Part shown: positions 43,129 through 57,869 of the stretch, in pieces
How the letters are laid out: the number at the start of each line of letters is the position of its first letter
Numbering within the stretch: position 1 is the stretch's first letter
Assembly: GCA_951406725.2 (NCBI GenBank)
Contig: OX597818.1
Location: 13,206,001 to 13,270,000 of the forward strand
Direction: 5' to 3'
Origin: Octopus vulgaris
Lineage: Eukaryota
Length of the DNA stretch: 64,000 nt
The notes under the pieces: generated by a model
What the model was told of the DNA's origin: nothing
Databases searched by the model: none
The model's input: only the letters and a program-made list of their open reading frames with translations
Translations under genes and position numbers: made by a program

Positions 43129-43654
43129 TCTCTTGTCACGCTAATTGAAGTCCGCTGTAATCTACTGACAGCGACGGAAAATTGGATAAAACTCTCATAT
43201 CAATCCCCTGTGTTAGGTTCTATACGCTTGAATGGATTCTGCAGTTAGAATCAATAATTAAATTCAGAGACTTGATGATAGAAGTGAGTGGGATAAAAAT
43301 TTCTTGAGAGAGAGGAAGAGAGAGAAAGAGCAAGGGAGTATGTTCGTCTGGGTAGTAGCTTTAGCAAAGATTCCAAGAAATTGTAGAAATTTATATTTCG
43401 GGAAATGAATTTAAGCATATTTAGGATAGAATATGGGAGAAGATACCTGGAAAATATGTGAAAGCACATTATGAAAACGCAAATATATCTTCTGTATAAC
43501 CTTCATCAGTTAACCGTTTCTGGGAGTGTTTAGGAGAATTGCATATACGTAAATACATGCATACATACATACATACATACGCACACACGCACGTACACTG
43601 GCGCACACGCACTCACACACACATACATACATATATGCAAATATCCATGCATAC

Positions 43655-44695
43655 ACAAACTGGAAATCTCCAGAAAAATAGTAACGTCGACAGGATCTAC
43701 TTAAAAAGAAGGAGGCTTAAACTTGAGATCAATGCAGACAGTCTTCGAAGGTCGTATAGTCTCTATCAGATCGCTGTTCATAAACGACACTATTAACTAT
43801 AAATGAATTAAGTTAATGCTAAAAGTGAAGAGAACAATATGCTACGTGTCGGCAGCGAGCTTCCCAGGAAGCTCTTCTTAACAACCTCAAACAGCCGGAC
43901 TAACATACTCGTAAGAAGACATGGATCTGAAACTTCCAGTATATGTATGGGTATGTCTCCTGAAGACATGAAGAAGACTGTAACATTGACATGAAGCGCG
44001 GCATGACTTGGTCTCTCTACTGCTACCTTGCATCACATTTCGTAGACTATGCATTTGCAATCCAATACAGGGATCGGCTAATAAATACCAAATAAACAAA
44101 AGGGACAGTGAAGAATTTGGAGCTCCAAGTTTCCACTGAATATGTAGTTTATGTCATATTTTTGTGGAAGAAATCACAGCTGACCAAAAATGCCATGATA
44201 GTATTACATCCCTGTGCGACATGACACTGTGGCAAAAACACTATATACAATGCCACTGGAGAAAAAACTGTCTTGGAATAAATATTTAGAATCTTACTGT
44301 TATAGAATATGCACTCAAAATCAATACTAGGCCTACTAGTGGAACATTTCCCTCATAACAGCTGTTATGTTTATGTTATAAACATAACAATCCTGATAAT
44401 ATTGTTTGGATCAGACAAGAAAAATATGCGCAGTCATAGACGCCAATCGCGCTGCTGATGTGAATATCTCTTTGAAAATCAACAAGCGGATAACTATGGT
44501 TAAATGCTTCGAGATCACAATCTTCTATATCCAGATTATAAATTCCCATTTATACAAATAATAATTGGTGCACTTGATCTTGTGAGTAAATGCCTAATTG
44601 ACAATCTCGGTCTTCAGAAAAACGAATCAACCAAACAAAAATTATATGTTAATGGAATAGTAAAAACATGCAAAACTTTTCTTAAGTTTACAATG
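43655..44695 (+). mobile_element. R4/Dong-type relic (family C), heavily decayed
   Basis: NSNVDRIYLK and LLYPDYKFPFIQIIIGAL..GIVKTCKTFLKF, homologous to 57870-59325. Confidence 0.75.
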
Positions 44696-45209
44696 TGGTA
44701 TTGTAGACTCATTTGTCAACACGTTAGTCGGAAAAAGAATTTAGATGATCAAAAACAAAAGAGAAAATACATACATCTATTGCTTTTACAGGCGGTTCAT
44801 AGAATCAGAAGTGTAACAGTTTGTTCTATGAATTTCCACATGCTTTAGTGTTTCGTCAGCGAGTCATTTATCCCTAACACACTGTATCATTTATATAAAC
44901 TTTATCAACTATTTGAATATTTCACGTTTTGAATGTTTTCTTCATTCACCTGAAATATTTTTATTTCAACATTAACTACGCCCTTTGAATTAAGCATTCT
45001 TAACTTCAAGTTATCCATCAATCATGTGTAATGTACTATTTTGATTCATATTTTAATCAGTGTGCAAACTTGTGTTGACAACGATCAGCTAATCAGGCTG
45101 TTCTGTTCGTAGGCTATTTTGAATTTCAGTGAAATGTTAATGTATTCCACATATCTTGTCATCTAAGTAATGCACACTTAAAGTATCAGCTGGAATAGCA
45201 TCAACTGAA

Positions 45210-45237
45210 TCTTACTATACTGGGCGCTATGTCCGTA

Positions 45238-45274
<37 letters not shown>

Positions 45275-45815
45275 CTCTGTCCGTCTATCTGTCTGTTCAA
45301 TCATCACGGCACAATGGCTGGACCAATGGTCACGATGTTTTTCAGGATTACTAAGGAGGTAATGAGGAAGGTTTTTAGCGAAAAATTGTTAAAAAGTGTG
45401 ATTAATTAGTGGATGCTGAGTTTTGTATTAATAAATCACCTTTAATTTTTTTTGTTAAAATTCTGGCAACGATGATTAACTCCAGATTTCCCCTCAATAT
45501 AGTTGGTGAATTTAGAGGGCTTAGATTTGCGATGGACAGATTTGCGTTCTTACTCATTGTCTGTTCCCATTTCACGGTCAGATCAAACACCTGGACCAAT
45601 GGATGCGATATTTTAAGGGATTACAAAACGGTCGCCAAGAAGCGTTTTATCATTAAAAACTCAGAAAGTAGTATAAGTTCGTGGATATCGATTTTTGAAT
45701 TCATAAGCTACCACCGCATTTCCCTTATAAATTCATCGCCAACGAGTAACTCCGGATTTTCATCGTATAGTCCCTGGCCCTATCGTAGATACGAAGGGGT
45801 CGCGAGGACGGTTAG
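45210..45815 (+). mobile_element. Putative non-autonomous Helitron-like element
   Basis: A|TC start; (CTGT)n followed by CACGG..GGCTGGACCAAT, a block duplicated at 45558-45615; 3' end GACGGTTAG|T resembles CTAG|T. Helicase remnant nearby. Confidence 0.45.
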
Positions 45816-45995
45816 TAGCGAAAATAAAATGGAAAAATTGTGTCAGTATATAGTGTGTATGATTATTTAGTCATTATTAAAGCATGTCAGTCTCAAGGAG
45901 GACTCGGAACGGCTAATTGAAGCGGCTGGTGTTTACTTCTCAGTTTTGTCAGTCAAAACAACTCACGGTACCAGAACATCCAGATATTATTCGCA

Positions 45996-46113
45996 AACAA
46001 AGCACAGAGCTAGACTTTAGATCGTGAAGTTTATTTTAGCCACACCAATGTTTACACAAGACCAGTTATACGTCGCTATGAGTAGAGCAACAGACTCCAG
46101 TAGTTAGAAAATA
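45996..46113 (+). mobile_element. Pif1/Helitron helicase C-terminal remnant
   Basis: NKAQS*TLDR, frameshift, PMFTQDQLYVAMSRAT (cf. NKAQGQTLDRVG..FSHGQLYVALSR motifs V-VI). Confidence 0.75.
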
Positions 46114-47142
46114 TCGTCTATATTGATATTATCGAAAGGAATATTATTCATAATTTAAACGAGGAAATTTGTGAACTTTGAATGTATAAGAGTATAAGCA
46201 AGCGTAAAATAGTGTAAACTACTAAAATAATAGTATATCTAAGTAACATTTCTTCTTAATACTTTTTATGTAGTGGTCGAAGGAAGTTCTGGTTTTCGTT
46301 AGGAGTGGTTCACACAAGCATTCATGATACAGAGGCTAGGAGCCTATTTCAGTTCGGTAGTAAATCGTCATCCCATGTTACATAGTCGCAAACACGTCAT
46401 ATAGCTGGGATAGAATGCTGTATCACCAACAATAATATGATTTCTCTAAGACATCACCCAGTAATCTGTCAAGCCCATTTAAACATTTCTGAATACATAC
46501 TGCTGTTATGACTTCCCTCCTTCACGTTATGCCTCCATCGTAGATGGGTAGATTTTCGAGTAATACTAATCGATATACTTTATAACATGCACCGCGTAGG
46601 TTTAAATATTTCGTCCGTAATCACCAACGTAGTATATATGTATATATCTAAACATAAGAAAATGTTATCCCTTTATGTATGTCAGTATGTATGCACGTTC
46701 CTGTTTGTTGGTTACAAGATCAGACTGGTAGTAGTTATTTCACAACTGCTTCAGTGCCAGTATTACACATCTTTTACTTCCTAGAAGGAACCATTTTGAA
46801 TCAACTATTTTTTCCCATATAAAATACTTACGTTATTATTATTTTTTTTTTATACTGCTTGATATGTTATGAGAGATAATGTGGAATTTAGGTAGTGCAT
46901 TTGTTTATTCAATTTATATTTATCTATTATTTGTTTTTGCTTTTTGCGCAACTGAACGAAACTCAAATGAAACTATATTTTGAATTGATTGTACACAACA
47001 CTCCTGATTTAATCAACGTCGTTGGTTGACAGGATTGTCAGATCTTTGTAAGGCAATTTATCCAAAATAATGTGAATTCATGTGAATGTATTTGTTTTGG
47101 GTATTAATAAACCTGAGCAGGTCAGAACTTGTTGTAACTGGG

Positions 47143-47285
47143 TATGTATGTATGTATGTATGTATGTATGTATGTATGTATGTATGTATGTATGTATGTA
47201 TGTATGTATGTATGTATGTATGTATTTATGTATGTATTTATGTATGTATGTATGTATGTATGTATGTATATATGTATGTATGAAT
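47143..47285. repeat. (TATG)n tetranucleotide microsatellite
   Basis: Directly visible. Confidence 0.95.
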
Positions 47286-47439
47286 GTATATATGTATGCA
47301 TGTATGTGTGAGTACACACACAAATACATATATAAATATACAGATATATAAATATATACACACATGTGCATATATATGTATATATATATATATATATATA
47401 TACATACATATATTACATATATATATATATACATATGTA

Positions 47440-47481
<42 letters not shown>

Positions 47482-49099
47482 TACATATATATTATGTAAT
47501 ATATATAATATATAATGAAAGAAATGGGATGTTTATGCATTTGAAGTGCCTAAATGAAATCTGAATAAGATTAATACGATATAAGCTATTATATTATCTC
47601 TATAATTCAATTGAAAACGACCCTTCATAGAAAAGTGAACTGTACTAATATTATAGAAATTTCTCAAAACAGGCAAATCATTCATATTCCAATAGTTACA
47701 TAACTATTCAATCGAAGACGTATATTACTTCTTAATTGAAAGTGACCAATTGGCACAATCGATAGAGTGTCTGATACAATGCCTCGCTAAATTCTCTCCG
47801 GCGCTCTGTGTATCGAGTCTAAATCCGAGCGACGAAAACTTGCGCTTCATGTATTTGGAGTTGATAAGTGAAGTACCAGCCCGATATTAGATTTGACTTT
47901 TCTCTTTTTCAATATGGAGTGTACGCGTGATTGTAGTTGTATGCTTTGTTACGCAAAATCATGCTGATTCGGCCGGAAATTACGGATATGTATACAATTC
48001 TTTGTAGAACACTTAATGATTTTTCAGACTCATTATGTAACCACTGCGACATTTCCTGTATGAAAGGGGGGACTTTTAGGGGTTTTTTAAGGTTTGTCCT
48101 CAGTCACAATGTCGTAGTTATATTTATGTACACAATAAATACATGTCTGTAAATACGGTTACTAGCATTAGTAAAACTTACTGGTACTCAGTTCTATTCA
48201 TGGTTGCTATAAGAATGGAATTTTACGTTCCATCATAACAAACAATGTTCTGTCTCTGTAGAGCCGCTTTGAAAGCTAGAAATGATACAGTTTTGTTATA
48301 TTATGTACTATACTTTTAGTGAAAGCTAATCATATTTAATATTCACGCCCATTCTACAATGTGTGTTGATAAAAAAGTTTTGTCTGTACTACAATGCCCT
48401 TTATCATGTCATCTCGATCAGGACTAACTTAAGTCAAAAAGTATAATGGTCAGGCTATGGATGATATATTTCCGAAAGCGTTTACCTCTCCAAAAATTTG
48501 AAATCATCTCCAGTTAGAGGTAGATGAAAAGTTATAAATATCAGGGAAATCTTGAAATTCTTTCGGAAGTGAATCTGAAATACAAAGGACCATTGGCCTC
48601 GATAACTCAGAATAGAGACTGGTTAACAGCTTATACTATCCACTACTAAATTTTGTTGTGGAGTAAAATTTTCAAGAATTGAACTAACGGCAATAGTAGA
48701 TCCCAAATAAATATATTAGCGACTGCGGAAAATAAACTCAAAAAACCCCATCCGGGTAGTACAAAGAGTGGTTCTTTAATGTTTCTGTTTCAGTAAAACT
48801 CATATTTCTTTATTATTAGAAGGAGGATTTTGCCCATTTCAGTTTCATATTCAGTTTTTGGGAAATCAAATATCCTTGAAATAAGTTAAGTTGATATATT
48901 GATTCTTGTGGAACTTAGCTACGTGCCTTTGAATATTTCCGGTTTCGATATCATAAGGAACCTCGTTTCGCCGCTTGTGTTTGAAGTTGTACTCTTTCGG
49001 TCATTACCTAAATTAGAAGGCCATAAGTGAGCCTAAATACGATAGCTGAGTTAGAGTTACACGGATATCGGATTATCTCAGCATGTTGAGGATGTATTT

Positions 49100-49330
49100 C
49101 TCTACCTTGAGGTGTAATAACTCCGTTGCTACGAGTATATAATTTGAATATCGCAAGGAAAGAATCGGAAGATGGATTTATCATACCGAACCAGCTGGTA
49201 GGAGATCTAGGGGAAAACCAAGAACGAAATGTTTGGATAATATCCATAGTCACAGTTGGTCATGCTTAGGAATCCACCCGGGAAGTGTAATAACGGTTAC
49301 TTTTGATAGGCACCCATGGATGAAGTGCCT
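49100..49330 (+). mobile_element. RTE-clade LINE C-terminal relic
   Basis: LRCYEYI followed, after a frameshift, by EPAGRRSRGKPRTKCLDNI (cf. RTE LRW.GH..GKR.RGRPR.RW.D). Confidence 0.55.
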
Positions 49331-52300
49331 GAAGACTCTGTGCATACGATCTTCTCAGAAAGAGTATCCGAAGAACATGGCTGGCTAGATGACATACATA
49401 GAAATTTTAGAAATCGTTATTTTGTGGCCCGATGTGTCTTTATATCTTACAAACACATGCAAACACCAAACACACGCACACATTCTTTTAATCTTTTATT
49501 CGTTTCGGCCAGATATTTGCGGCCATGCTAGACCGTCTTCCAATATGTAGTTATGTCAATTCCTATGCTGACTCCAAGCACCATTGTATTTGAGTCACCG
49601 ATCTACATCAACAGGTTGTATAAAATATATCTTAATCATGTTATGCCGATTTACTAAACCACATAAATTCTTCCACTAGAGACCTTGTCACATTACATGA
49701 AACAGTAAAGGTAATATTATCATCTTGATATTCCACTCTTAAATTAGTATATATTAGCAACGTCTTAACCAATGCTGTGTGAATAATGAAGTACTATTCG
49801 TCGGTTACATTATAAATTAATATTCATTTTGCATACATACATATATATATATATCTCAGTAGTCATTGTTAAAATCTTGCAGAAATTTCTTTGTGCCTGT
49901 CATTAAATTGACATTTTGGAAAACTGCCTTCCTGACTATGAAGAACAATCATTATTTTTACAGGGAATGCCGGAAATGTTAGAAGAAAAAAATGAAATGC
50001 TTTGTAACATTTAGTATCGGCTTTTAAGATCTCAGTTCAAGTCCATCAGTGTCCAACTTTGCTTTCATTATCCAGCATTCGATAATATATGATACTTAAG
50101 GAGTATAGGGGTCAATTTTATCGTACAATTCCTTTGTCCATGTAAATTTACTGAGTTGTGCCGATGTAAGAAATTATTCCTACCCATATCTTTTAAATTA
50201 ACAGTCGGTGGATGCAGAAAATTGTAAGAATGTCGGGAAACTTTTGAAATTATTTAATCACAATCCTTTTAATTTCTCTGTTCAACTCAGGGTGAGTTTA
50301 ATCGCAACACTCTCCAGAGTAAATAAATTTATATAGATGAGAAAAAATTTTATGCGACTACATTTTTCCAGAAAACAAATGTCTTAAATATAAGAAAATG
50401 GTAATATTCATTTGAAGTTCCGTTGTACTGGAAATGTCTTTGAAAGAGTGTGAAAGTTAGCTGCTTTCATTTTTTATCAGTTCAAAAGGGATAAATTTCG
50501 CTTTCTACGTTCCTCTGTAAATTAAATAAAAACCTGCCAAATATTTGCATTAATTGCACTGATGGCACTTCTCCACCAAATTCCATGATCTTGCGCCTAA
50601 TTTGAACATTATTATTTCCCAGGACAGAAAGGTGCTGGCTGCAAACTCAGTTGTTCTTTTTGCGTACTGGCCCCATATAACACCAGTGTAAAATTCACTT
50701 TCCAGCATTCTGTAGTTGATGAAATAAGTAACAGTAATATATTTTGGTCGATGTTAGGGGTACACCAAGTTGTTACAAGGAATCTGTGTTGTTTCCATTA
50801 TTGTTTCGATAAGATTTAGTTTCTGCGTATAAACTAATATATCTGCTTAACTTTCTATATTATATTCCATACTACTAGTGTTATTCACTTCACAGCAATC
50901 TAGATTTATGTAATTAATATAACATGATGGCAGTATTCCAGTTTTTGTATCGTATTTTATGTGATTGAAGGCGACAGTGAGTATGTGCCTGAATGTGTAA
51001 CTGCACACATGAACGTGGCAAGAGAATGGCTAGGAGAGAAAACATCAGATTATATATCAACTGTTTTGTCTGATTATATTTTTATTCTTTACGTATGATC
51101 TTCCTAAATATGCGGTTAATTACTGAGAGAAATATTCTATGTGGTTTTTCGCTGATTATTTTATGGTTTATTACAATTTTCTTATTATTTACTGAATTCC
51201 TACTATTATAAAGTCGAACAATGCGTTCATACTCGAAATTCTTCCTGCCGTAAAAGTTGTTCATGTTTGTACGTATGTTTTTTACGACGACTTTGATTGA
51301 TAGGTTTCCGTTTCAAGGAAAAGATGTATTTATTTATATCAATAATGTTTTCATTTGTGTTTCAGGCAATATATTGTTATTTGGCCAATATTTTGCTTGG
51401 CTGATTAATTTCGTTCAGAGTGTCACTTCAAAACTTATCTATGTCTTCATCATTTTGCTGATTTGTTTGTTTATTACTTTATCATTTTTTTGTTTCTGTT
51501 TGTTTTTATTTCTGTTGTTTGATAAATTGGCGACTAATATTATTTATAAACCCGGTTTTTATATTTACACCTTCATTTCTTTCTTGCAGGAAACGATTAG
51601 GACCAACAAATTTTCCAAAGAGCTAATATTTAAGCGTAAAGTGTTTTATTAATATGGCCATGCGATATTTTATGGTCCATGTTATTGACCCCAGTACACC
51701 TTTATATGCAGTTCTATTTAAATCTTCATGTGCCTTTTGCGAAATGCAAGTTACTGCTTGAGGATTCAGAAATCGAATTGAAATATTGATTGTTCAAATA
51801 TATAGATTGCGCTGGAAGGTTTTATGGTAATTTCCTAAGCCTTCTAGCGTGCATTTCTATAGAACTGGACAAATAGCATTAAATTGTCTCTATGCTTTAC
51901 AATTGTATTATTTATTTCAACATGCATAACTTAATTCTTGCGAATTATCAATTTCGATACTATTCTACCCCATGTACGTAAGTTCTCTTTGTGTAACATG
52001 CCTTCTACATTTCATTTTGCGCTCATGCTTCTACTTAATCGCGTTGTGTTCAAGTTTACTGCGTGCTTTCGAAATTACTAAATTGATCTTATAAATCTAT
52101 AAAATTAATCGTCTAAGTTTTGAAACTTTTGGTGGGTATGAAACAACCATTTCGCAAAATTGTGAATTCCATCATGAGGAATATCGTATTATGTCACACA
52201 TACACCTGTTCTTGACTCTGTCCTTGTGGACGCTCTTATCGTATATAAAACGATTTTGACCAGCAAACTTTTGCCTCAGGAACATGACGGCCTTGGGTTG

Positions 52301-52737
52301 CAAGGATGACCTGCTGTTATAGAGAAGAGGATGAGAAGTTAAACAGTGTGTATATCGGAAGATAATTTATAGTTATACGTTCATATTTAGAAATCATTAT
52401 TCAGAAAATACCTCTAACAGACCATCAACTTCTAAGTTGATAGTCCGTTATGCAGAGCAGGCATTAGAATCCTGCACAAATATACATGATTATAATTATT
52501 ATAGAGCTGAAAACGTGTTCATACTCGAATTTCTTCCTCTCTGTATATAAAAAATATATATAATTATAATGTAGAGCAATAATAACAACCCGTCTTCAAG
52601 AATTTTCCCCGACAAACCCTAGATTCTCTAATTCACAGATAGCGTTTGTGTTAGTTTATTGGTTGCATTATTGATCCTATGGCAGTTACATAAACAATTA
52701 CATGTGATCAATAAGAGAGACATAACATACCACAACT

Positions 52738-52781
52738 CCCTACTACTACTACTACTACTACTACCGCCACCACCACTACTT

Positions 52782-52812
<31 letters not shown>

Positions 52813-52876
52813 CGCCACTACCGCAACTTCCTCTTCTTCTTCTTCTGCTACTACTACAACTACAACAACAACAACA

Positions 52877-52967
<91 letters not shown>
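52738..52967. repeat. Compound (CTA)n/(CCA)/(CAA)/(TAA)n microsatellite
   Basis: Directly visible. Confidence 0.95.
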
Positions 52968-53789
52968 GTTTGTATCACCTCCTGCATACACCTACGCATA
53001 AACATTCAACATGTAGAAATAGTGAATAACGTCCCAACAAGCAACAGATTACTAAATTAATATGGAAGGTGAACTGGAGATACTTGGCGAGTTCTGAACG
53101 AAAACGACGAATGATGTGAGACAAATTTGTAATAAATGTCCACTGTTGCGCTGCACCTCCAAACCTTTCTTGGGAGGATGGCTATTATTGATCATTTAAT
53201 ATCTAAATTAGGAATGGCCTGTGGCTAAGCAACTGCAGGATCCTCCATCCACAGTTAGTTAATGAATAAATTCATAAACTGGAGATTGAGGTGAAAGTTG
53301 CTTCCGCGCGATTGAAATATTCTAGAATTAGTTTTCCTAAAGATATAAGCAAACGATGGAGAAGACAGACCAAAAGAAATGAGAGCCGTTCGATCTTCTG
53401 TGGTAAAAGAATGAGAAAAAAGTTCTTAGCATTCGATATGTCTGAAAATGACTGATAATTGGTTGTAAAGATGATTCAGATTACTCATCTCTGTGTAATA
53501 CTGGTTAGGGTTATCGAAGTGCATAATGCAAAATCAATTTTAATATTAGAAGTAAAATCTAATATTAAAAAGTAGCTTTCATGCTGGACTATAAAAATAT
53601 CCGCTATTGCCTGTGATGGATGTACATTACGATAAATCAACAACGCTGCTGGAATACAGTAAAACAGTTTCTATGGGAAAATACAAAAGAAAAAAAGCAA
53701 TGATGGCTTCTAAAATTCACATTTGGCTTAAAATATAATTTCCTCATTCGGAAAACGGATTTCTCTTCACCTTTTATACAAAATACAAC

Positions 53790-55036
53790 TACGTGGGGAA
53801 GTCAAATTATCCGTTCTTCCGCCAAAACTTTCTTAACGTTGGTGGCACCGCTTTCAATGGTTGCAATATCAAAAACGCTAATTTTGTGGTTACGTAACCG
53901 AGCGTTGACCTTGATCGCTATTTTTTAAGGTACAGAATAGACATAGCCGCTAGGCTGACAGTGTGTCGGAGCAAGAACAGAGATTAGATCGGCTATCCGA
54001 TTCCTTTATTCTGAAGGCGTATGAGGAGGCTGAAATTAATCACACGCGTTTAGTACAACACAGGGGCAGTACTGTAGCGCGAAGAAATAAGTGTGAGTAG
54101 ATTACGAAGTTTAAAAACGGACGGATACACGTGAAGCCCAAATAGGGAATAGGATGCCCATCAACTCCCAAAATTGGCGTGAAGATTATACAACCTCAAG
54201 TAATGGTAGACTGACGACACCTGACTATCGACGAGGTGGCCTGTTCTCTACAAGTTAGTCATAATTATGCATACGAAATCATCCACAATCAACTTCACTT
54301 CTATGAAGTATGTGCGAGGTGGGTGCCAAGAGTACTGAATGACGCTCAAAGGCACAGTTGTGGATTGATTTGACATGGTTTACTCGACCGGTACAAGGAT
54401 GAAGATGAGGCTTTTGTGAAGATAACAGCCACAGGAGATGGAAGCAGTGCCCGCCACTTTCAGCCAGAATCTAAGAGGCTAAGAATGGTATGGAAACGCC
54501 TGGATTTGTAAGTGAAAAATAAATTCAAGACTTAAAATTACGCAGGAAAAGATCCCCTTATGGCTTTTGTGAGTGAAAAGCGTCTATAATAAAACATTAC
54601 TTAGAAGAGAGGCTTGCAGTCATCCGTAAAGGCTACAGCAAATGATGACAAACAAACTGAAACCATCAATTAGCACCAATAACTGGAGTTTTCTATCAAA
54701 GCATGTGTTATTGTCGCGCGACAATGCACGTCCACGCACGGCCACACACATCCCTTGCAAAATAGGGTTTCATGCAGTTGGAACACTCCCCGTAAAATCA
54801 AGATCTCGTCTCATCCAACTGTCACATCTTTCAACTGCACAAACATCCGATACGTGTTCGTCAGTTAGTTACGGACGTTGAAGCGCAGGAATCGATGTAT
54901 AAATAGCTGTGCAATCAGCCGAAAATCTTTTTTTTATTTATGGAATAGGCAAGCTTCTGGATTGCTAGAAGTAGTGAATCCCAAAATAAAGAGTCTATGT
55001 TGCAAAACCATGGCATTGTACAATCCAGGCTTGTCT
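53790..55036 (+). mobile_element. Mariner (Tc1/mariner) transposon relic
   Basis: TACGTGGGGAAGTC left end; EIRSAIRFLYSEG, CARWVPRVL, ITATGDGS, LLSRDNARP, LEHSP*NQDLVSSNCHIF. Many stops; right TIR not seen. Confidence 0.88.
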
Positions 55037-55073
55037 TTTATTAAATTACAGAAACATATGTGCACACATTGTT

Positions 55074-55157
<84 letters not shown>

Positions 55158-56538
55158 ATGTATCAGTTGAATAAAGTTAAAACATGGTCTGGTTTGCACA
55201 TTTTTCATTATGATATATTTATAACATTAAAAAATATTTTGTAGTGCTCGTAAAGTTAAATTAGCGCTTTCATACATAGTGTAATCATCAAATATCAAAT
55301 GTGTTTAACTGACAACAGAGTTCTTAACAAATCTAGTACTTCTTAGAACGCTCGATAAGATGTATTTTTAGAATATCTCTTTGATCAATCTACATCCTAG
55401 TCTCAAATTCAAATTCACAAGAGAAATTAGCAATACACAATGTCTATTTCTTGACATAATGCCAATTAAAAAAACACCACAGTCACAACTGATATTTATT
55501 ACAAAAGCCCTGACACATACCAGTACCTAAATTTCAAATAATACCACCCAACACACAAAAATGCAACATCCCGTACTGTCTAGCCAGGAAAATTTGTATT
55601 CTAGTCAATGATTGAAATACCACAAACACACGACTTACAGAACTTAAAGAATTTCTGCTCAAGCAAAATTACCCTCTCCTGCTTATAGTAAAAAAAGCAT
55701 AATAACTAATCAAACACTTATCTTAGGGAAAAGGAAATCACATAACCAAAAGAAACTATTAAGAATGGCAAAATTGAACATGAAAAAACAGGATAAAACA
55801 TTCAAAGTATCCAGGTATAATGATAACAGATGTGGAACGTGCCAATACATACATACGGGTAGATCAATTAGAACAAAAAAAATGGACGTATTTTCGCAAA
55901 TGCAGATATTAATTACAAAATTAAATATGAACTGCAAAAGCAGTAATTTGATCTACTGTATTAAATGCCCAAATTTAGAGGAATTATATATAGGCGAGAC
56001 CGGGATTGTATTATCAGAAAGCTCACGCGTCCACAGACAACAAATCCGGAATACCAATGTTCACTAAATTCCATTGAGCAAATATATAGAGGTATGTGGT
56101 CAGAAAATGTTTCTGGTTTTTCCTTTCTAGAAACTACATAACACAAGTGAGGTTTAAAGAAATATAAAAGAAAAACATTTTAATAAAATGTTCAAACCTG
56201 TTCTGAGCGGAAACCAGTTAATGATGTGGATTAAAAAATATCTCTTTCATATAAATATAAACATTTTACAGAACATCGGTGCGCCTGACAAACTGTGATT
56301 CTTAAGATGCATGCAGATTGATCAAAAAGTTATTCTAAACATTCAGCTTGTTTGAACGATTTAAGAGGTACTAAATTTGTCAAGAACTCAACTGTCAGTT
56401 AAGAACATTTGAAAGTTGATGTTTACACTATGCATGAAAGCGCTAATTTGATTTTATGAGCATTAAAAAATATTTTTTAAAAACCATAATAAAAAACGCG
56501 AAAACCAGACATGTTTTAACTTTATTCAACTGACACAT
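55158..56538 (+). mobile_element. Penelope-like element with inverted pLTR at its 5' end
   Basis: TTDIYYKSPDTYQYLNF and IPYCLARKIC (RT thumb); CKSSNLIYCIKCPNLEELYIGETG (GIY-YIG). 55158-55395 is an inverted copy of 56311-56538. Confidence 0.9.
55262..55291 (-). ncRNA. Minimal hammerhead-like motif in pLTR (partner at 56416-56445, + strand)
   Basis: UUGAUGA-U-UACA(cua)UGUA-U-GAA-AGCGCU-A; palindromic stem III; C3 replaced by U. Confidence 0.55.
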
Positions 56539-56571
56539 TATTCTATACACATTCACACACATCCGAAATAA

Positions 56572-56646
<75 letters not shown>

Positions 56647-56661
56647 CTCTCTCTCTCTCTA

Positions 56662-56710
<49 letters not shown>

Positions 56711-57141
56711 ATAATTAAAGGATAAAATAATGAAAATTAATGAATTTTGTCAGTGGCCAACATATAAAATGAATTTATATGCTAGAAAGAGACGCAAAAT
56801 ACGATTACATACAAATATTAAAAAATCATACTGACCATAGCGAAACCAGTATGACTTTTATAATAATTTTTATACATCTTAATATAATTTCAACTCATTT
56901 GCTTGTATATATATTTGTTTTTTAAAAAGTCATTACATTCATACCTAGTGTGCATTTCCTTTGTTTATCTTTACTCTCCGCTTAATTACACCACGTGTGG
57001 TCATTTTTCCTTAATATCTATTTCGATTATATATGTGTGTGTGCATGTATGTGTGTGCGTGTGTATAAACATATATATACATATATATAAACATGCGTAC
57101 ATGCATACATACACACCCGCACCCACACATATGTATGTATG

Positions 57142-57183
<42 letters not shown>

Positions 57184-57568
57184 CAATTTAAGGATAACAT
57201 TTACATGATATTTTATCAAGTAGTCCGCGTGTAAACCAATTGAGGAAAGGAGTTAATACAAGGTATCTAATTTTTACTTTTATATATAAAATACATCATA
57301 TTATCAAGGACTATCACACGCATTGATGGAACTCTAAAATCAAACTACTTCAATAACAATACACATGCGCCGACATCGAGGGAATGAAAACTAGGAGATA
57401 TACCTTAAATAAAAAAAGGTTTTGTCGTATACCATAAATGATTTCCTGGTCACCATGCAGTATCATGTTCCCCACTCATCAGTACGAAAATAACCAGGAG
57501 AAATAAACATATAAACATCTGTACATACCAAACTAACACAACACATTTAGTAGAGTGTATACACATGT

Positions 57569-57843
57569 TTACACTTATAAATCCAATTTAAAGTGTTCTC
57601 TGTTTAGTTCATCTCACCACGTGTGTATAATAGAAATGATTTAGCATTGAATATATTTGTAAATTAAATATAAGGATAAAGTCTGCATAAGAATTTATCG
57701 AGGATGACATTTATATAGATTTTACCCTTATATTTTATTTACAAATATTGTACCGGAACATATTCAGTGCTGTGTTATTTCTATTATACACACGTGGCGA
57801 GATGAACTTGGCTGAGACACTTAAATTGGATCTATAAATGTAA
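57569..57843. repeat. Long imperfect foldback (~120-bp arms, short spacer)
   Basis: AGTTCATCTCACCACGTGTGTATAATAGAAAT pairs with ATTTCTATTATACACACGTGGCGAGATGAACT, and pairing continues on both sides. Confidence 0.9.
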
Positions 57844-57869
57844 TTTATATATTCTCTGCTGTGTCACTA

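Noticed and set aside
51570-51652. Strong-looking splice acceptor TTCTTTCTTGCAG|G
   Set aside because: No convincing donor or recognisable peptide; cannot support an exon.
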